A stretch of DNA of 64,000 bases from Candidatus Helicobacter avistercoris (GTDB taxonomy: Bacteria > Campylobacterota > Campylobacteria > Campylobacterales > Helicobacteraceae): assembly GCA_019115525.1 (NCBI GenBank), contig DXDJ01000004.1, positions 1,807 to 65,806 on the forward strand, given 5' to 3'. The position numbers and the translations under genes were made by a program. Of the stretch, positions 1 through 12,363 are shown in pieces. Within the stretch, counting starts at the first letter, position 1. Every line of letters starts with the position of its first letter. The notes beneath the pieces are model-generated. The model was not told the origin of the DNA. It worked only from the letters and a program-made list of their open reading frames with translations, and searched no databases.

Positions 1-603
1 GGTTACCATCAAGATTGTAATCCCCTCTTTTTGATTTAATCCTTGCAAGATTTCCATAATCTCAATGCTCCTTTGAGTATCCAAATTCCCAGTAGGCTCA
101 TCAGCAATCAGAAATGCAGGGGAAATTGCCAAAGCTCTAGCAATCGCGACACGCTGTTGTTGCCCTCCACTGAGTTCTGCACTTGTGTGATCTGCCCATT
201 TCTCTAAGCCCACTTTTGCCAAAGACTGCATCGCCAATTCTCTTCGCTCTCTTTTTTTCATTCCCTTATAAATCAGAGGTAATTCCACATTTTCCAAAGC
301 TGTTGTTTTGGCTAAGAGGTTAAAACTCTGGAAAATAAAACCAAAATAATTTCTTCTAAGTCTTGCCTTTTGAGAAAAACTTAACTCGCACACATTTACA
401 CCACAAAAATCATAAACCCCTCCATCTGCCTCATCCAAACAGCCCAAAATATTTGAAAGCGTAGATTTCCCAGAACCGCTTGGCCCCATAAGAGCAATAA
501 AATCTCCTTGGTAAATTTCCAAATCCACCCCTTTTAAAACTTCAAATGCACTCTCCCCCTTTCCATAAGTCTTCCTTATCCCCTTTAAGCTCACAAATCC
601 CAT
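1..603 (-). CDS. ABC transporter ATP-binding protein, MacB/LolD-like (partial, runs off the left edge)
   Basis: Hand translation from ATG at 603: MGFVSLKGIRKTYGKGESAFEVLKGVDL; Walker A GPSGSGKS, signature LSGGQQQRVAIARAL, Walker B ADEPTG. Lies 1 nt downstream of the adaptor gene. Not in the ORF track. Confidence 0.9.
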   Translation of the reverse strand, partial: MGFVSLKGIRKTYGKGESAFEVLKGVDLEIYQGDFIALMGPSGSGKSTLSNILGCLDEADGGVYDFCGVNVCELSFSQKARLRRNYFGFIFQSFNLLAKTTALENVELPLIYKGMKKRERRELAMQSLAKVGLEKWADHTSAELSGGQQQRVAIARALAISPAFLIADEPTGNLDTQRSIEIMEILQGLNQKEGITILMVT

Positions 604-604
604 T

Positions 605-1855
605 TTACTCTTCCCTCATTCCTACAATCACCTCGCTCCCCTCTCCAATCCCCTCAACCTCAACATTTTTCCCATCAGAGATTCCCACCTTGATCATTCT
701 CTGAACTGGATTGCCACCTTGCAAAACCCAAATTTGTTTCTCTTCTCCAGCATTGGTTTGTTTGTCTTTTGGTTTAGTTGTATTTTTGTGTCGTGGAGGC
801 ATTGGTGGGCCAAAAAGCGAGGTGGTTTTCTTCTTGGTTTGAATCTCTTGTTTTTGAGGTTGAAAAAAAAGTGCAGAAACTGGAAGAAGTAAGACATTTT
901 TCTTCTCTGCTACGATAATGTCCGCAGTAGCACTCATCCCTGGACGAAGTGAAAGATCTTTGTTATCCACATTGATTGTTACCTCATAACTTACGATATT
1001 ATCTGTTGTTGTTGAGCCATAATTGACTTTATCAACTTTTGCAAAAAACTTACGATGGGGGTAAGCATCCACACTAAAACTTAGGGGTTGATTTAGAGCA
1101 ATCTTCCCTACATCACTCTCAGCAATCTGCACAACAAGTTTCATCTCTTTTAGATCCTGAGCGACTTTGAAGAGCTCTGGAGCTGAAAAACTAGCAGCCA
1201 CTGTTTGCCCCACATCTACACTGCGAGTAAGCACCACTCCATCAATAGGAGAAGTGATAATCGTGTTATCAAAATCAATCTTAACGCCCTTGATATTTGC
1301 TTCAATCTCGGCAATATTTCCCCTCTTGCTCTCAATCTCAGCTTTTGCGATCTCATAAGCGACTTGAGCAGACTGCACATCTGCATAAGAGGGATATTTC
1401 CCCTTGCTTTGCTTATAGAGCTTTTGCAATCTCTCAAATTGCCATTTTTTATCCTTAAGAGTGGATGTGAGTGAATCAAGTTGAGCTTTTGCACTCTTAA
1501 GCTGAGCCTCATAGCGACTTAGCTCTTGAAGGATTTTCTTATCATCAATCTTTGCTAGAACCTGTCCTTTGCTTACAACATCATTGGTATCCACATCAAT
1601 TTGAGAAATAATCCCAGAAACTTGTGATCCAATCTGAACTTCATTGAGAGGGTTGAGCGTCCCAGTGGCTGAAATAATTGTTGCAATATCGCCTCTTTTA
1701 GGAGTGATTGTTTCATAAGTGATTTTGACTTCTTTGGGTTGGAGATAATAATATGCCCCACCTCCGCACAAAGCCGTAATAACGCACAGAGAACTTAAAA
1801 TCTTCCATAGCTTTCTCTTGGGTTTAAGAGTGCTTATAATCTCATCTTTTTGCAT
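605..1855 (-). CDS. Efflux periplasmic adaptor (MacA/HlyD-like membrane fusion protein)
   Basis: N-terminal TM, lipoyl-like motifs IGSQVSG and SPIDGVVL, coiled-coil hairpin, LRPGMSA; directly upstream of an ABC ATPase. Confidence 0.9.
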   Translation of the reverse strand: MQKDEIISTLKPKRKLWKILSSLCVITALCGGGAYYYLQPKEVKITYETITPKRGDIATIISATGTLNPLNEVQIGSQVSGIISQIDVDTNDVVSKGQVLAKIDDKKILQELSRYEAQLKSAKAQLDSLTSTLKDKKWQFERLQKLYKQSKGKYPSYADVQSAQVAYEIAKAEIESKRGNIAEIEANIKGVKIDFDNTIITSPIDGVVLTRSVDVGQTVAASFSAPELFKVAQDLKEMKLVVQIAESDVGKIALNQPLSFSVDAYPHRKFFAKVDKVNYGSTTTDNIVSYEVTINVDNKDLSLRPGMSATADIIVAEKKNVLLLPVSALFFQPQKQEIQTKKKTTSLFGPPMPPRHKNTTKPKDKQTNAGEEKQIWVLQGGNPVQRMIKVGISDGKNVEVEGIGEGSEVIVGMREE

Positions 1856-1923
1856 TTTCTATCCCTACAATTAAAAATAAAGCTTGAAGTGTAAAAAAGA
1901 AGTATAAAGCCAAAGTAAAATTC

Positions 1924-2310
1924 TTAACTTTTGAGAGACTGAATAAAAGGCATCAAGTTTTGCAATCGAGTATTTAAGTCTTCTATGTCTTCACACCCTT
2001 CAAGGTAGGCAAAAAAATCTTCTTTGAGGTTTTCAAGTTTTTCGAATACTTCAATCGCTCTTCTTCCCTCAAGTGTGAGGGAAGTCCCCCCTCCCCCTAC
2101 TCCCCCATTACTACTCTCAATCAATGGGGTTTTGCCCAATTCGTTGATTTGATTGAGATTATCCCATGCAGCCTTATAGCTCATATGCATTTTTTTTGCG
2201 GCTTTTGAGATAGAACCTTCGCTCTCAATATATTTCAAAAGCTCGATTCTTCCTCTGCCCAAATAGCTTTTCCCCTCTTTTTGAATCCAGATTCTTGATT
2301 GTATTTTCAT
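1924..2310 (-). CDS. Stand-alone ModE-type winged-helix regulator (no TOBE/molybdate-binding domain)
   Basis: GSISKAAKKMHMSYKAAW HTH and GGVGGGGTSLT wing typical of the ModE N-terminal domain. Start moved to ATG 2310, 4 nt after the upstream stop. Confidence 0.8.
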   Translation of the reverse strand: MKIQSRIWIQKEGKSYLGRGRIELLKYIESEGSISKAAKKMHMSYKAAWDNLNQINELGKTPLIESSNGGVGGGGTSLTLEGRRAIEVFEKLENLKEDFFAYLEGCEDIEDLNTRLQNLMPFIQSLKS

Positions 2311-2314
2311 TTCT

Positions 2315-3625
2315 TTAGCCATTGAGCAAGACTGCACCAACAACCCCTGCAATAATCAAAGGAATGTTATAAACAATAAATGTTGGCACACAAGTATCCC
2401 AAATATGGTTGTGTTGTCCATCAGCATTAAGCCCTGAAGTTGGCCCCAAAGTGCTATCACTTGCAGGAGATCCACTATCTCCTAAAGCTCCTGCAATACC
2501 TACAAGCAAAATAATTGAGGGGATGGAGAAATTTAGTGATAGAGCTAGAGGGCAAAAAACTGCTGCAATGATTGGAATAGTTCCAAACGAAGTCCCAATC
2601 CCCATAGTAATCAAAAGCCCCACAACAAGCATAATCAAAGCCGAAATACCATAGCCACCCATAGCTCCTGCAACAGAATTAACTAGTGTTTGAATAGAAC
2701 CACTCTCCTTTAGCACTGCTCCAAACCCTGAGGCAACAAGCATTACAAAAGCAATAAATGCCATCATTGCAAGTCCGCCCTCCATAATCTTATCCACCTT
2801 CTTATACGCAATTCCTCCAGTTGCTATCATAATCAACAATCCCCCCAATGCCCCAAGAGGAAGAGAAGAAGTGAGAACTTGGATTGCAAAAGTTGCAATT
2901 GCACCAAAAAGCACACCATAATCTTGCTTTCTCATCTTCAAATCACAAGCATCAAACTCTCTTTGCTCCATTCGAGTTTGCACATAATCTCTTGGTCTAA
3001 CATACAGCACAAAAACTGCCAAAAATAGCCCCACCACCATCGCTACCCCCCCAATCCACATAACAGAGGTTACATCTGAGAGATTGACGCTTACGCCATT
3101 TTGACTGAGATTGTCCTTGATGATGTTTTGAAAAATCAAACCAAATCCAATAGGCAAGGCAATGTATGGAGCTTGAAGTCCAAAAGAAATTGCACATGCT
3201 ACGGCTCTTCTATCGATTTTGAGTTTATTCATCAAGGCTAAAAGTGGAGGAATGAGGATTGGGATGAAAGCAATATGAACAGGGATGAGATTTTGTGAAA
3301 AGCAAGCAATGAATGCCAAAAAAAGACAGAATAGGATTTTTTTATTACCAATAAATTTTGAAACCCAATGGATTAGGATTTTAGTTAGATTGCTTTGAGA
3401 GATTCCATAAGCAATTGCTCCTAGCAGAATATAACTCAAAGCAGTTTCAAGATTTCCACTCATTCCATTGATAAAAATACTCATTATCTTTGAGAGATCC
3501 ATACCTGAGAGGAGTCCAGCTAATAAAGCACAATAAACAATGGCTAATAAAACATTAAAACGCATTAAACACAATGCAGACATGACTAAAATTGAAATTA
3601 CAACAGGATTTGTCATAATACTCAT
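2315..3625 (-). CDS. Na+/H+ antiporter-family / YuiF-like integral membrane transporter
   Basis: Many hydrophobic helices; motifs NLIPVHIAFIPILIPPLL, GIGTSFGTIPI, DSGSPASDSTLGPTSGLNADGQHNHIWDTCVPTF. Confidence 0.8.
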   Translation of the reverse strand: MSIMTNPVVISILVMSALCLMRFNVLLAIVYCALLAGLLSGMDLSKIMSIFINGMSGNLETALSYILLGAIAYGISQSNLTKILIHWVSKFIGNKKILFCLFLAFIACFSQNLIPVHIAFIPILIPPLLALMNKLKIDRRAVACAISFGLQAPYIALPIGFGLIFQNIIKDNLSQNGVSVNLSDVTSVMWIGGVAMVVGLFLAVFVLYVRPRDYVQTRMEQREFDACDLKMRKQDYGVLFGAIATFAIQVLTSSLPLGALGGLLIMIATGGIAYKKVDKIMEGGLAMMAFIAFVMLVASGFGAVLKESGSIQTLVNSVAGAMGGYGISALIMLVVGLLITMGIGTSFGTIPIIAAVFCPLALSLNFSIPSIILLVGIAGALGDSGSPASDSTLGPTSGLNADGQHNHIWDTCVPTFIVYNIPLIIAGVVGAVLLNG

Positions 3626-3667
3626 TGCCCTCTCCTTTCATCATAGGTTAAGTTTTGGTATTTTTTT

Positions 3668-3676
3668 ATTCTATCA
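3668..3676 (-). promoter_or_regulatory. Extended -10 promoter (TGaTAGAAT) for the transporter-modE-like-macAB unit
   Basis: Minus strand reads TTGATAGAAT about 45 nt upstream of the transporter start. Confidence 0.5.
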
Positions 3677-3755
3677 AAAGGTTTGAGCTTTTTTGAAAAA
3701 ACACAACTTAAGAGTATTCAAAAAGCGAAGAAGACTTTTTGGAATGTTGATAAAC

Positions 3756-4562
3756 TCAATGCGTAAAACCAAAAAAATTGCAAATCTTTTTATACCTTGT
3801 CAAAAATGGGCTAGTTTCTTGTGTTGTGTTTTGATTGAGGGATTTTTTTAGAGAAACAAAAACGATGCTTCCTTCATATCTTGTAGAAAAATCACTAGCG
3901 TATTGCGAAAAAACCTTAACCCATGTTGTTCTTCCATAATCTGAGGGCTTTTTTTTGTTTTGATTTTTTAGATAATTTCCTACTTGACTTAGTCTTGCCC
4001 ACCCATTACAATCAAGATTTGCAACAACTGCCTCTTGTAAAATTTCAATCTCTTTTTTGGGCTCTTCAATCTTTTTGCCCTCTTTACCTACTTTGTTTTT
4101 CTCAATATTTTTTTCTTTGTTTGTAGCAAGTTCATAGAAACGACTAAAAGCATTTCTCAAATCCTCTCGACTTTTTTGCTCACCAAAACCTATGGATTCA
4201 ACTCCTTTTGTTCGGATTTCTTGAGCTAAAGGTGCAAAATCACTATCACTTGTTGCAAGAGCGATACACTCCATTTTCCCCTCATAAAGCGTATGCATCA
4301 CATCAATTGCAATGCGAATATCACTTGAATTGCTTTTGTTTGCATTCCCAGTGATGATATGGATTGGCTCGATTGAATAGCGATTGAGGATTTCATCCCA
4401 TCCTCTCATTGCTTCTTTTCTCCAATCTCCATAAGCTTTTTTTACACACACTTCACCCATCTCATCAAGATGCTTAAAAATATCGCTTAAAAGCTTGTAA
4501 CTTATATTTTCACTATCAATAAAAAGTGCGATTTTTTTTCTTACAGATTGCTCTGCCATCAT
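3756..4562 (-). CDS. NYN (LabA/DUF88, PIN-like) domain protein with C-terminal OST-HTH/LOTUS domain
   Basis: ALFIDSEN, AYGDW, SDIRIAID, TSDSDFAPL, GFGEQK acidic motifs; C-terminal GWARLSQVGNYL...YG. Overlaps the hisS stop by 4 nt. Confidence 0.85.
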   Translation of the reverse strand: MMAEQSVRKKIALFIDSENISYKLLSDIFKHLDEMGEVCVKKAYGDWRKEAMRGWDEILNRYSIEPIHIITGNANKSNSSDIRIAIDVMHTLYEGKMECIALATSDSDFAPLAQEIRTKGVESIGFGEQKSREDLRNAFSRFYELATNKEKNIEKNKVGKEGKKIEEPKKEIEILQEAVVANLDCNGWARLSQVGNYLKNQNKKKPSDYGRTTWVKVFSQYASDFSTRYEGSIVFVSLKKSLNQNTTQETSPFLTRYKKICNFFGFTH

Positions 4563-5866
4563 CCCTCTCCCACTCTTTCAATCACTTCAGCAAATCTAAG
4601 AGATTCCTGATTTCCACTTTGCATATTCTTAAGCGTTACTCTCTCTTCTTTAAACTCATCTTCACCCACTATCAAAACATAGGGGTGGCCTTTGGTATCT
4701 GCGTATGAGAAAGGTTTTTTGAGTTTTGTAATATCAGGATAGATCTCAGTAGCAATCCCCTCATCTCTAAGATTTGAAGCAATTTTTTGCAAATAAGGCA
4801 TATAGCTCTCACTCATTGCTACACACAAAACTCTTGCTCTTGTTTCTTTTTCGCTAAGTTTGCCCAGCTCTTCTAAGGCACTTAGCAAACGATCAAGACC
4901 TACACTAGCCCCCACCCCGCTCATTGGCTCTTTGCAGAAAGTTTGGGTTAGATTATCATATCTTCCACCAGAGCAGACACTGCCAATCCCGCTTAATTCA
5001 TCCAATGTGCTTTCATACACAATCCCCGTGTAATATCCTAAACCTCTAGCAATTGAAAAATTGATTTTGTAGCAATCAAGCCCAACAAAATCCAAAATCT
5101 CACACAATTTTTGCAAATCATCAAGCCCTTTTTGCAAGGATTGATTTTTTTCTTTCAGATAAGAGACTTTTTGTAAAAAATCCCTACTTTTTCCCTCTTG
5201 GGAGAGTGAAATCAAATCCAATAGTGAATGAATGCGTTCTTTTGAGTATCCCAAACTCTCTTCAAGCTCTGCACACACGCCATCCACTCCGATCTTATCT
5301 AGCTTATCTACAATTCTAAGAGTATTATTGACATCAGTAATCCCTAGATATTCACAGATTCCATTTAAAATCAAGCGATGATTAATTGAGATTGTAAATT
5401 TTCCTACTTCAAGTTTTTGCAAAACCTTAGCAATCACTTGGATAATCTCAGCATCACTTGCAATAGAATTAGAACCTACGAAGTCAAAATCACACTGTGT
5501 AAATTCTCTATATCTTCCCTTTTGGGCTCGCTCACCACGAAAAACATTGCCAATTGCATATCGCTTAAAAGGAAGTTGAAGTGCATGGCGATGCTGTGAG
5601 ATAAATCGTGCAAGTGGCAAGGTAAGATCAAATCTCAACGCAACATCCCTACCCCCGTGATCTTTGAAGGCATAAAGCTCTTTTTGAATCTCATCGCTTC
5701 CTTGCTTGAGCAAAATTTCTGCATATTCTAAATGCGGGGTTTCAATAGGATTGAAACCAAAACTATCAAAAACTTCAATGATTTTTTTCAATAAATTGCT
5801 TTTAGCAATTGCTTCTTTGGGCAATCTGTCTTTAAAACCGCTCAAAGTGCGTGGGGTAATCAGCAT
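4559..5866 (-). CDS. hisS: Histidyl-tRNA synthetase
   Basis: PRTLSGFKD, LRFDLTLP, FRGERAQKGRYREFTQCDFD, RGLGYYTG, GGRYDNL. Start set at ATG 5866 (MLITPRT), not at 6004. Confidence 0.97.
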   Translation of the reverse strand: MLITPRTLSGFKDRLPKEAIAKSNLLKKIIEVFDSFGFNPIETPHLEYAEILLKQGSDEIQKELYAFKDHGGRDVALRFDLTLPLARFISQHRHALQLPFKRYAIGNVFRGERAQKGRYREFTQCDFDFVGSNSIASDAEIIQVIAKVLQKLEVGKFTISINHRLILNGICEYLGITDVNNTLRIVDKLDKIGVDGVCAELEESLGYSKERIHSLLDLISLSQEGKSRDFLQKVSYLKEKNQSLQKGLDDLQKLCEILDFVGLDCYKINFSIARGLGYYTGIVYESTLDELSGIGSVCSGGRYDNLTQTFCKEPMSGVGASVGLDRLLSALEELGKLSEKETRARVLCVAMSESYMPYLQKIASNLRDEGIATEIYPDITKLKKPFSYADTKGHPYVLIVGEDEFKEERVTLKNMQSGNQESLRFAEVIERVGEG

Positions 5867-5961
5867 AAACTCTCCAATCTTTAGAAAAATGTTTTCTTCT
5901 TTATAAGGTAAAATTATCGCAAAAAAATTGAGCAAATACACAATAAAATCAAAGGCTAATT

Positions 5962-6951
5962 TTGAAAATCTTACTACGACTTCCCACTTGGCTAGGTGAT
6001 GCAATTATGGCAACACCTACTTTTTATGCACTCAAAAACACCTATCCCCACGCTCATTTTACCCTTGTTGGCTCCAAAGCATCTTTGGGAATCTTTGAGA
6101 GAGAAAATGTCCAAAGGATTGAAGATGAGAGTAAAAAAAGCAAAAATCGCCTCTACTATCTCTATAAACTAGGCAAAAAGCTAGGAGAATTTGATCTAGC
6201 AATGACTCTGCAAAATAATTTCCCCTCAGCTTGGCTTCTTTGGGCAAGTGGCTCTAAGATTCGCATTGGTTATAAGGGCAATGCAAGAAGTTTTTTGCTT
6301 ACTCACCCCCTAGCTCCTCAAAAGCACATTCATCAGGTGCTTCAATACACCCACCTGCTCTCTGCTCTTGAGATTTTCCCCACCCACCCCCAACTCCAGC
6401 TCATCGCCCATCCTCAAAAAAAAGGAAAGCTGACAAGAATTGGAGTGAGTGCTGGAGCAAAATATGGAAGTGCAAAACGCTGGTGTCAATCTTATTTTAT
6501 AGAAGTGATTGCAACCTTGCTTCAAGAGGGCTATGAGGTATTTATGTATGGAGGAAATGAAGAGATAGAAGCAAACAGACAGATTCAAGAAGCTCTAAGA
6601 GCTCTTGTATCTACTCAACACTTGCATAATCTTACGGGAAAAACTTCGATCTCTGAGCTTATTGATAGCATTGCTTCGCTTGATCTCTTTTTGACCAATG
6701 ACAGTGGCCCTATGCATATTGCCTCGGCATTAAGTGTCCCACTTGTAGCTATTTTTGGATCAACAGATTGCAAAGAAACCTCCCCTTTCAACACTCAAGC
6801 TCCTCAAGTGATACTCAACAAACATCTCTCGTGCTCTCCTTGCAAAAAAAGAGAATGTCCCCTCAAACATCATCAGTGCATGAAGCTCATCACTCCAGAT
6901 GAAGTTTTAAATACGATTGATGAGATACTTCAAGCAGAGGCAAGAGAATGA
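5962..6951 (+). CDS. waaF: LPS heptosyltransferase II (GT9)
   Basis: PTWLGDAIM, GAKYGSAKRW, NLTGKTS, TNDSGPMHIA; divergent from hisS. Confidence 0.9.
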   Translation: MKILLRLPTWLGDAIMATPTFYALKNTYPHAHFTLVGSKASLGIFERENVQRIEDESKKSKNRLYYLYKLGKKLGEFDLAMTLQNNFPSAWLLWASGSKIRIGYKGNARSFLLTHPLAPQKHIHQVLQYTHLLSALEIFPTHPQLQLIAHPQKKGKLTRIGVSAGAKYGSAKRWCQSYFIEVIATLLQEGYEVFMYGGNEEIEANRQIQEALRALVSTQHLHNLTGKTSISELIDSIASLDLFLTNDSGPMHIASALSVPLVAIFGSTDCKETSPFNTQAPQVILNKHLSCSPCKKRECPLKHHQCMKLITPDEVLNTIDEILQAEARE

Positions 6952-7031
6952 ATGATCTGTGGATAGAATGTATCTTTTTTGCTCTCATAGCTCTAGCATT
7001 ATTCATCTATCGCTCAAAACTTAAGGACTAA
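6948..7031 (+). CDS. Unannotated 27-aa single-pass membrane protein (MNDLWIECIFFALIALALFIYRSKLKD)
   Basis: ATG overlaps the waaF stop (ATGA at 6948-6951); TAA ends at 7031, 1 nt before the next ATG; one hydrophobic helix and a basic C-terminus. Confidence 0.6.
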   Translation: MNDLWIECIFFALIALALFIYRSKLKD

Positions 7032-7032
7032 A

Positions 7033-10404
<3,372 letters not shown>

Positions 10405-10406
10405 TT

Positions 10407-10415
10407 TGTTATAAT
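10407..10415 (+). promoter_or_regulatory. Extended -10 promoter (TGtTATAAT) of tal
   Basis: TGTTATAAT about 30 nt upstream of GGAG...ATG 10446. Confidence 0.6.
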
Positions 10416-10445
10416 CCTTGGGAAAATATTTTTTGGAGTATTGTA

Positions 10446-11420
10446 ATGAATGAAATCCTAATCAAAAATGGCTTTAGTATTTGGTGTGATTTTGTAGAGA
10501 GAGATTTTCTCAATCATGAGTTTAAAACCCTGATTGCTGAGGGAAAGATTTTGGGAGCAACAAGCAATCCTAGCATTTTTGCATCTGCCTTTAAAACTTC
10601 TCCTATTTATCGTGATCAAATTCACTCCCTTCAAAACAAAAGTGCAAAAGAGATTTATGAAACTCTTGCAATTGAAGATATCAAAACAGCAGCAGTTGCT
10701 CTAAGAAGCCTATGGGAAAAAAACAAAGATAATGGATATATTAGTATTGAGATTGATCCACTTTATTGTGATAATGCCAAAGAGAGTATTGAAGAGGGAA
10801 AAAGACTTTTTGAGAGCATTAGTGAACCAAATGTAATGATTAAGGTTCCTGCCACTTCTGCAGGATATGAAGTCATGGAAGAGCTTTTGGCACAAAACAT
10901 CTCAATCAATGCTACCTTGATCTTCTCTCCATCACAAGCAACAAAATGTCTTGAGTCTTTTAAAAATGCAAGAAATAGAGGAGGTGTGGGCAAGAGTGTG
11001 ATTAGTGTTTTTGTATCAAGGCTTGATCGCTATATTGACTCCTCACTTCCTGCACATCTTCAAGGAAAGCTAGGGATCAATAATGCCAAAATGATTTATA
11101 ACCTTATAGAGGATTTTGGAGATAAACAAACTCGCACACTCTTTGCAAGCACTGGAGTAAAAGGCGATACTCTCTCTCCTAGTTATTATGTAGATTCTCT
11201 ACTCTTGCCTCACTCTATCAATACTGCTCCACTTGAAACAATCAAAGCTTATTTTTCAAACAATGATGTTGAGCTAAAAGATTCTCAAATTGATTTTGAA
11301 AGCTTTGTGCAATCCTTGGAAAATATAGATTTACAAAAAATCTATGACACACTCTTAAGTGATGGGCTTAAGGCTTTTAAAGATAGTTTTACAGATTTGC
11401 TTGCTGTTTTAAAAAAATAA
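10446..11420 (+). CDS. tal: Transaldolase
   Basis: WCDF, GATSNPSIF, ISIEIDP, NVMIKVPAT (Schiff-base Lys), INATLIFS, SVFVSR, LFASTG. Start moved to ATG 10446 (RBS GGAG). Confidence 0.95.
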   Translation: MNEILIKNGFSIWCDFVERDFLNHEFKTLIAEGKILGATSNPSIFASAFKTSPIYRDQIHSLQNKSAKEIYETLAIEDIKTAAVALRSLWEKNKDNGYISIEIDPLYCDNAKESIEEGKRLFESISEPNVMIKVPATSAGYEVMEELLAQNISINATLIFSPSQATKCLESFKNARNRGGVGKSVISVFVSRLDRYIDSSLPAHLQGKLGINNAKMIYNLIEDFGDKQTRTLFASTGVKGDTLSPSYYVDSLLLPHSINTAPLETIKAYFSNNDVELKDSQIDFESFVQSLENIDLQKIYDTLLSDGLKAFKDSFTDLLAVLKK

Positions 11421-11454
11421 AAAAAAGGGGGGGGGGGATTACTCCCCTTATTTT
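11419..11454. terminator. Bidirectional intrinsic terminator containing a G11 homopolymer
   Basis: A8-G11(11427-11437)-ATTAC-TCCCC-TTATTTT between convergent stop codons; stem GGGGA/TCCCC. Confidence 0.7.
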
Positions 11455-12284
11455 GTGATTTTTAGAACTTTGTTTTCTAGCATTGCTGGGATCCAAAGTG
11501 TTTTTTGGGCATAGAAAATATCTGCGCACCCTTTCACTGCTCTAATTGGCAAAGTTTCAACCTTTTGATCGTTTGAAATTTTATAAACTACGCCATTGAG
11601 ATTCTTTCCCCATGAGCTTACAAGAATATTCCCTTGATCATCCTCTGTAATTCCATCAAGAAAACCTTTGGCTTCTGAGAAAATCCGAATCTCTTTGTTT
11701 TGAAGTGAGATTTTCAAAACCACACCCTCAAGTTTGCCATTTGGATCATAAGTTACAACCCATAAATTATTGTCTTTGAGAAGCAAACCATTTGGACCAC
11801 CACCATACTTTGCAACATCAAGTGCCATAAACTCTTTGTAACTTTTTTTATTAACATCAAGAGTATAAATCTTTCCACTTCCTGTATCACTCACATACAA
11901 AGTCTTGCCATCAGTGCTCAAATCATTAAGAAATACGGCATTTTTTATAGGAAGTGCAAAAACCTGCTTAAGAGTTTTAAGATCAAATCCTTTGATTGTA
12001 TCAATATCGCTGACATAGAGCACATTCCCAATCACACTCATTCCCTTAGGAGCATTAAGATTGCCAATCTTATCAAGCACCTTGCCATCTTTGCTCATCT
12101 TGATGATAAAACCATCATTGTCCTTATCAAGTGGTTTTACTTCTTTTCCTAGATTGCTGACAAATACAGCCTCATTTGTTGCATAAACACTCTCTGGGGA
12201 TTGAAACCCTGAGATTTCTTGAGTATTGTAAGCCAGTGCTAGTGAAAGACTCAAAGAGATGCCTAAAAGTGTTTTTTTCATCAT
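11448..12284 (-). CDS. Secreted beta-propeller-like protein (SMP-30/gluconolactonase-like; C. jejuni Cj1041c-like 'periplasmic ATP/GTP-binding protein')
   Basis: Signal peptide; FQSPESV, NAPKGM, FLNDL, GGPNGL, DGI, GCADI repeats; recalled similarity to Cj1041c, which also neighbours an AraC gene. Confidence 0.7.
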   Translation of the reverse strand: MMKKTLLGISLSLSLALAYNTQEISGFQSPESVYATNEAVFVSNLGKEVKPLDKDNDGFIIKMSKDGKVLDKIGNLNAPKGMSVIGNVLYVSDIDTIKGFDLKTLKQVFALPIKNAVFLNDLSTDGKTLYVSDTGSGKIYTLDVNKKSYKEFMALDVAKYGGGPNGLLLKDNNLWVVTYDPNGKLEGVVLKISLQNKEIRIFSEAKGFLDGITEDDQGNILVSSWGKNLNGVVYKISNDQKVETLPIRAVKGCADIFYAQKTLWIPAMLENKVLKITK

Positions 12285-12363
12285 TTATCCTTTATCAAAA
12301 AATTTGCAAGGGGATTATAAAAAAATAATGTATAAAAAAATATAAGCTTTGTGATAAAAAATA

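Noticed and set aside
2086-2106. G-rich tract (G5-G5-G6 on minus) as a G4 or phase-variation site
   Set aside because: It encodes the conserved GGVGGGG wing of the ModE domain, and the runs are too short for typical slippage.
5867-6004. 45-aa N-terminal extension of HisS in the ORF track
   Set aside because: It would overlap the divergent waaF start and promoter; homology begins at MLITPRT (5866).
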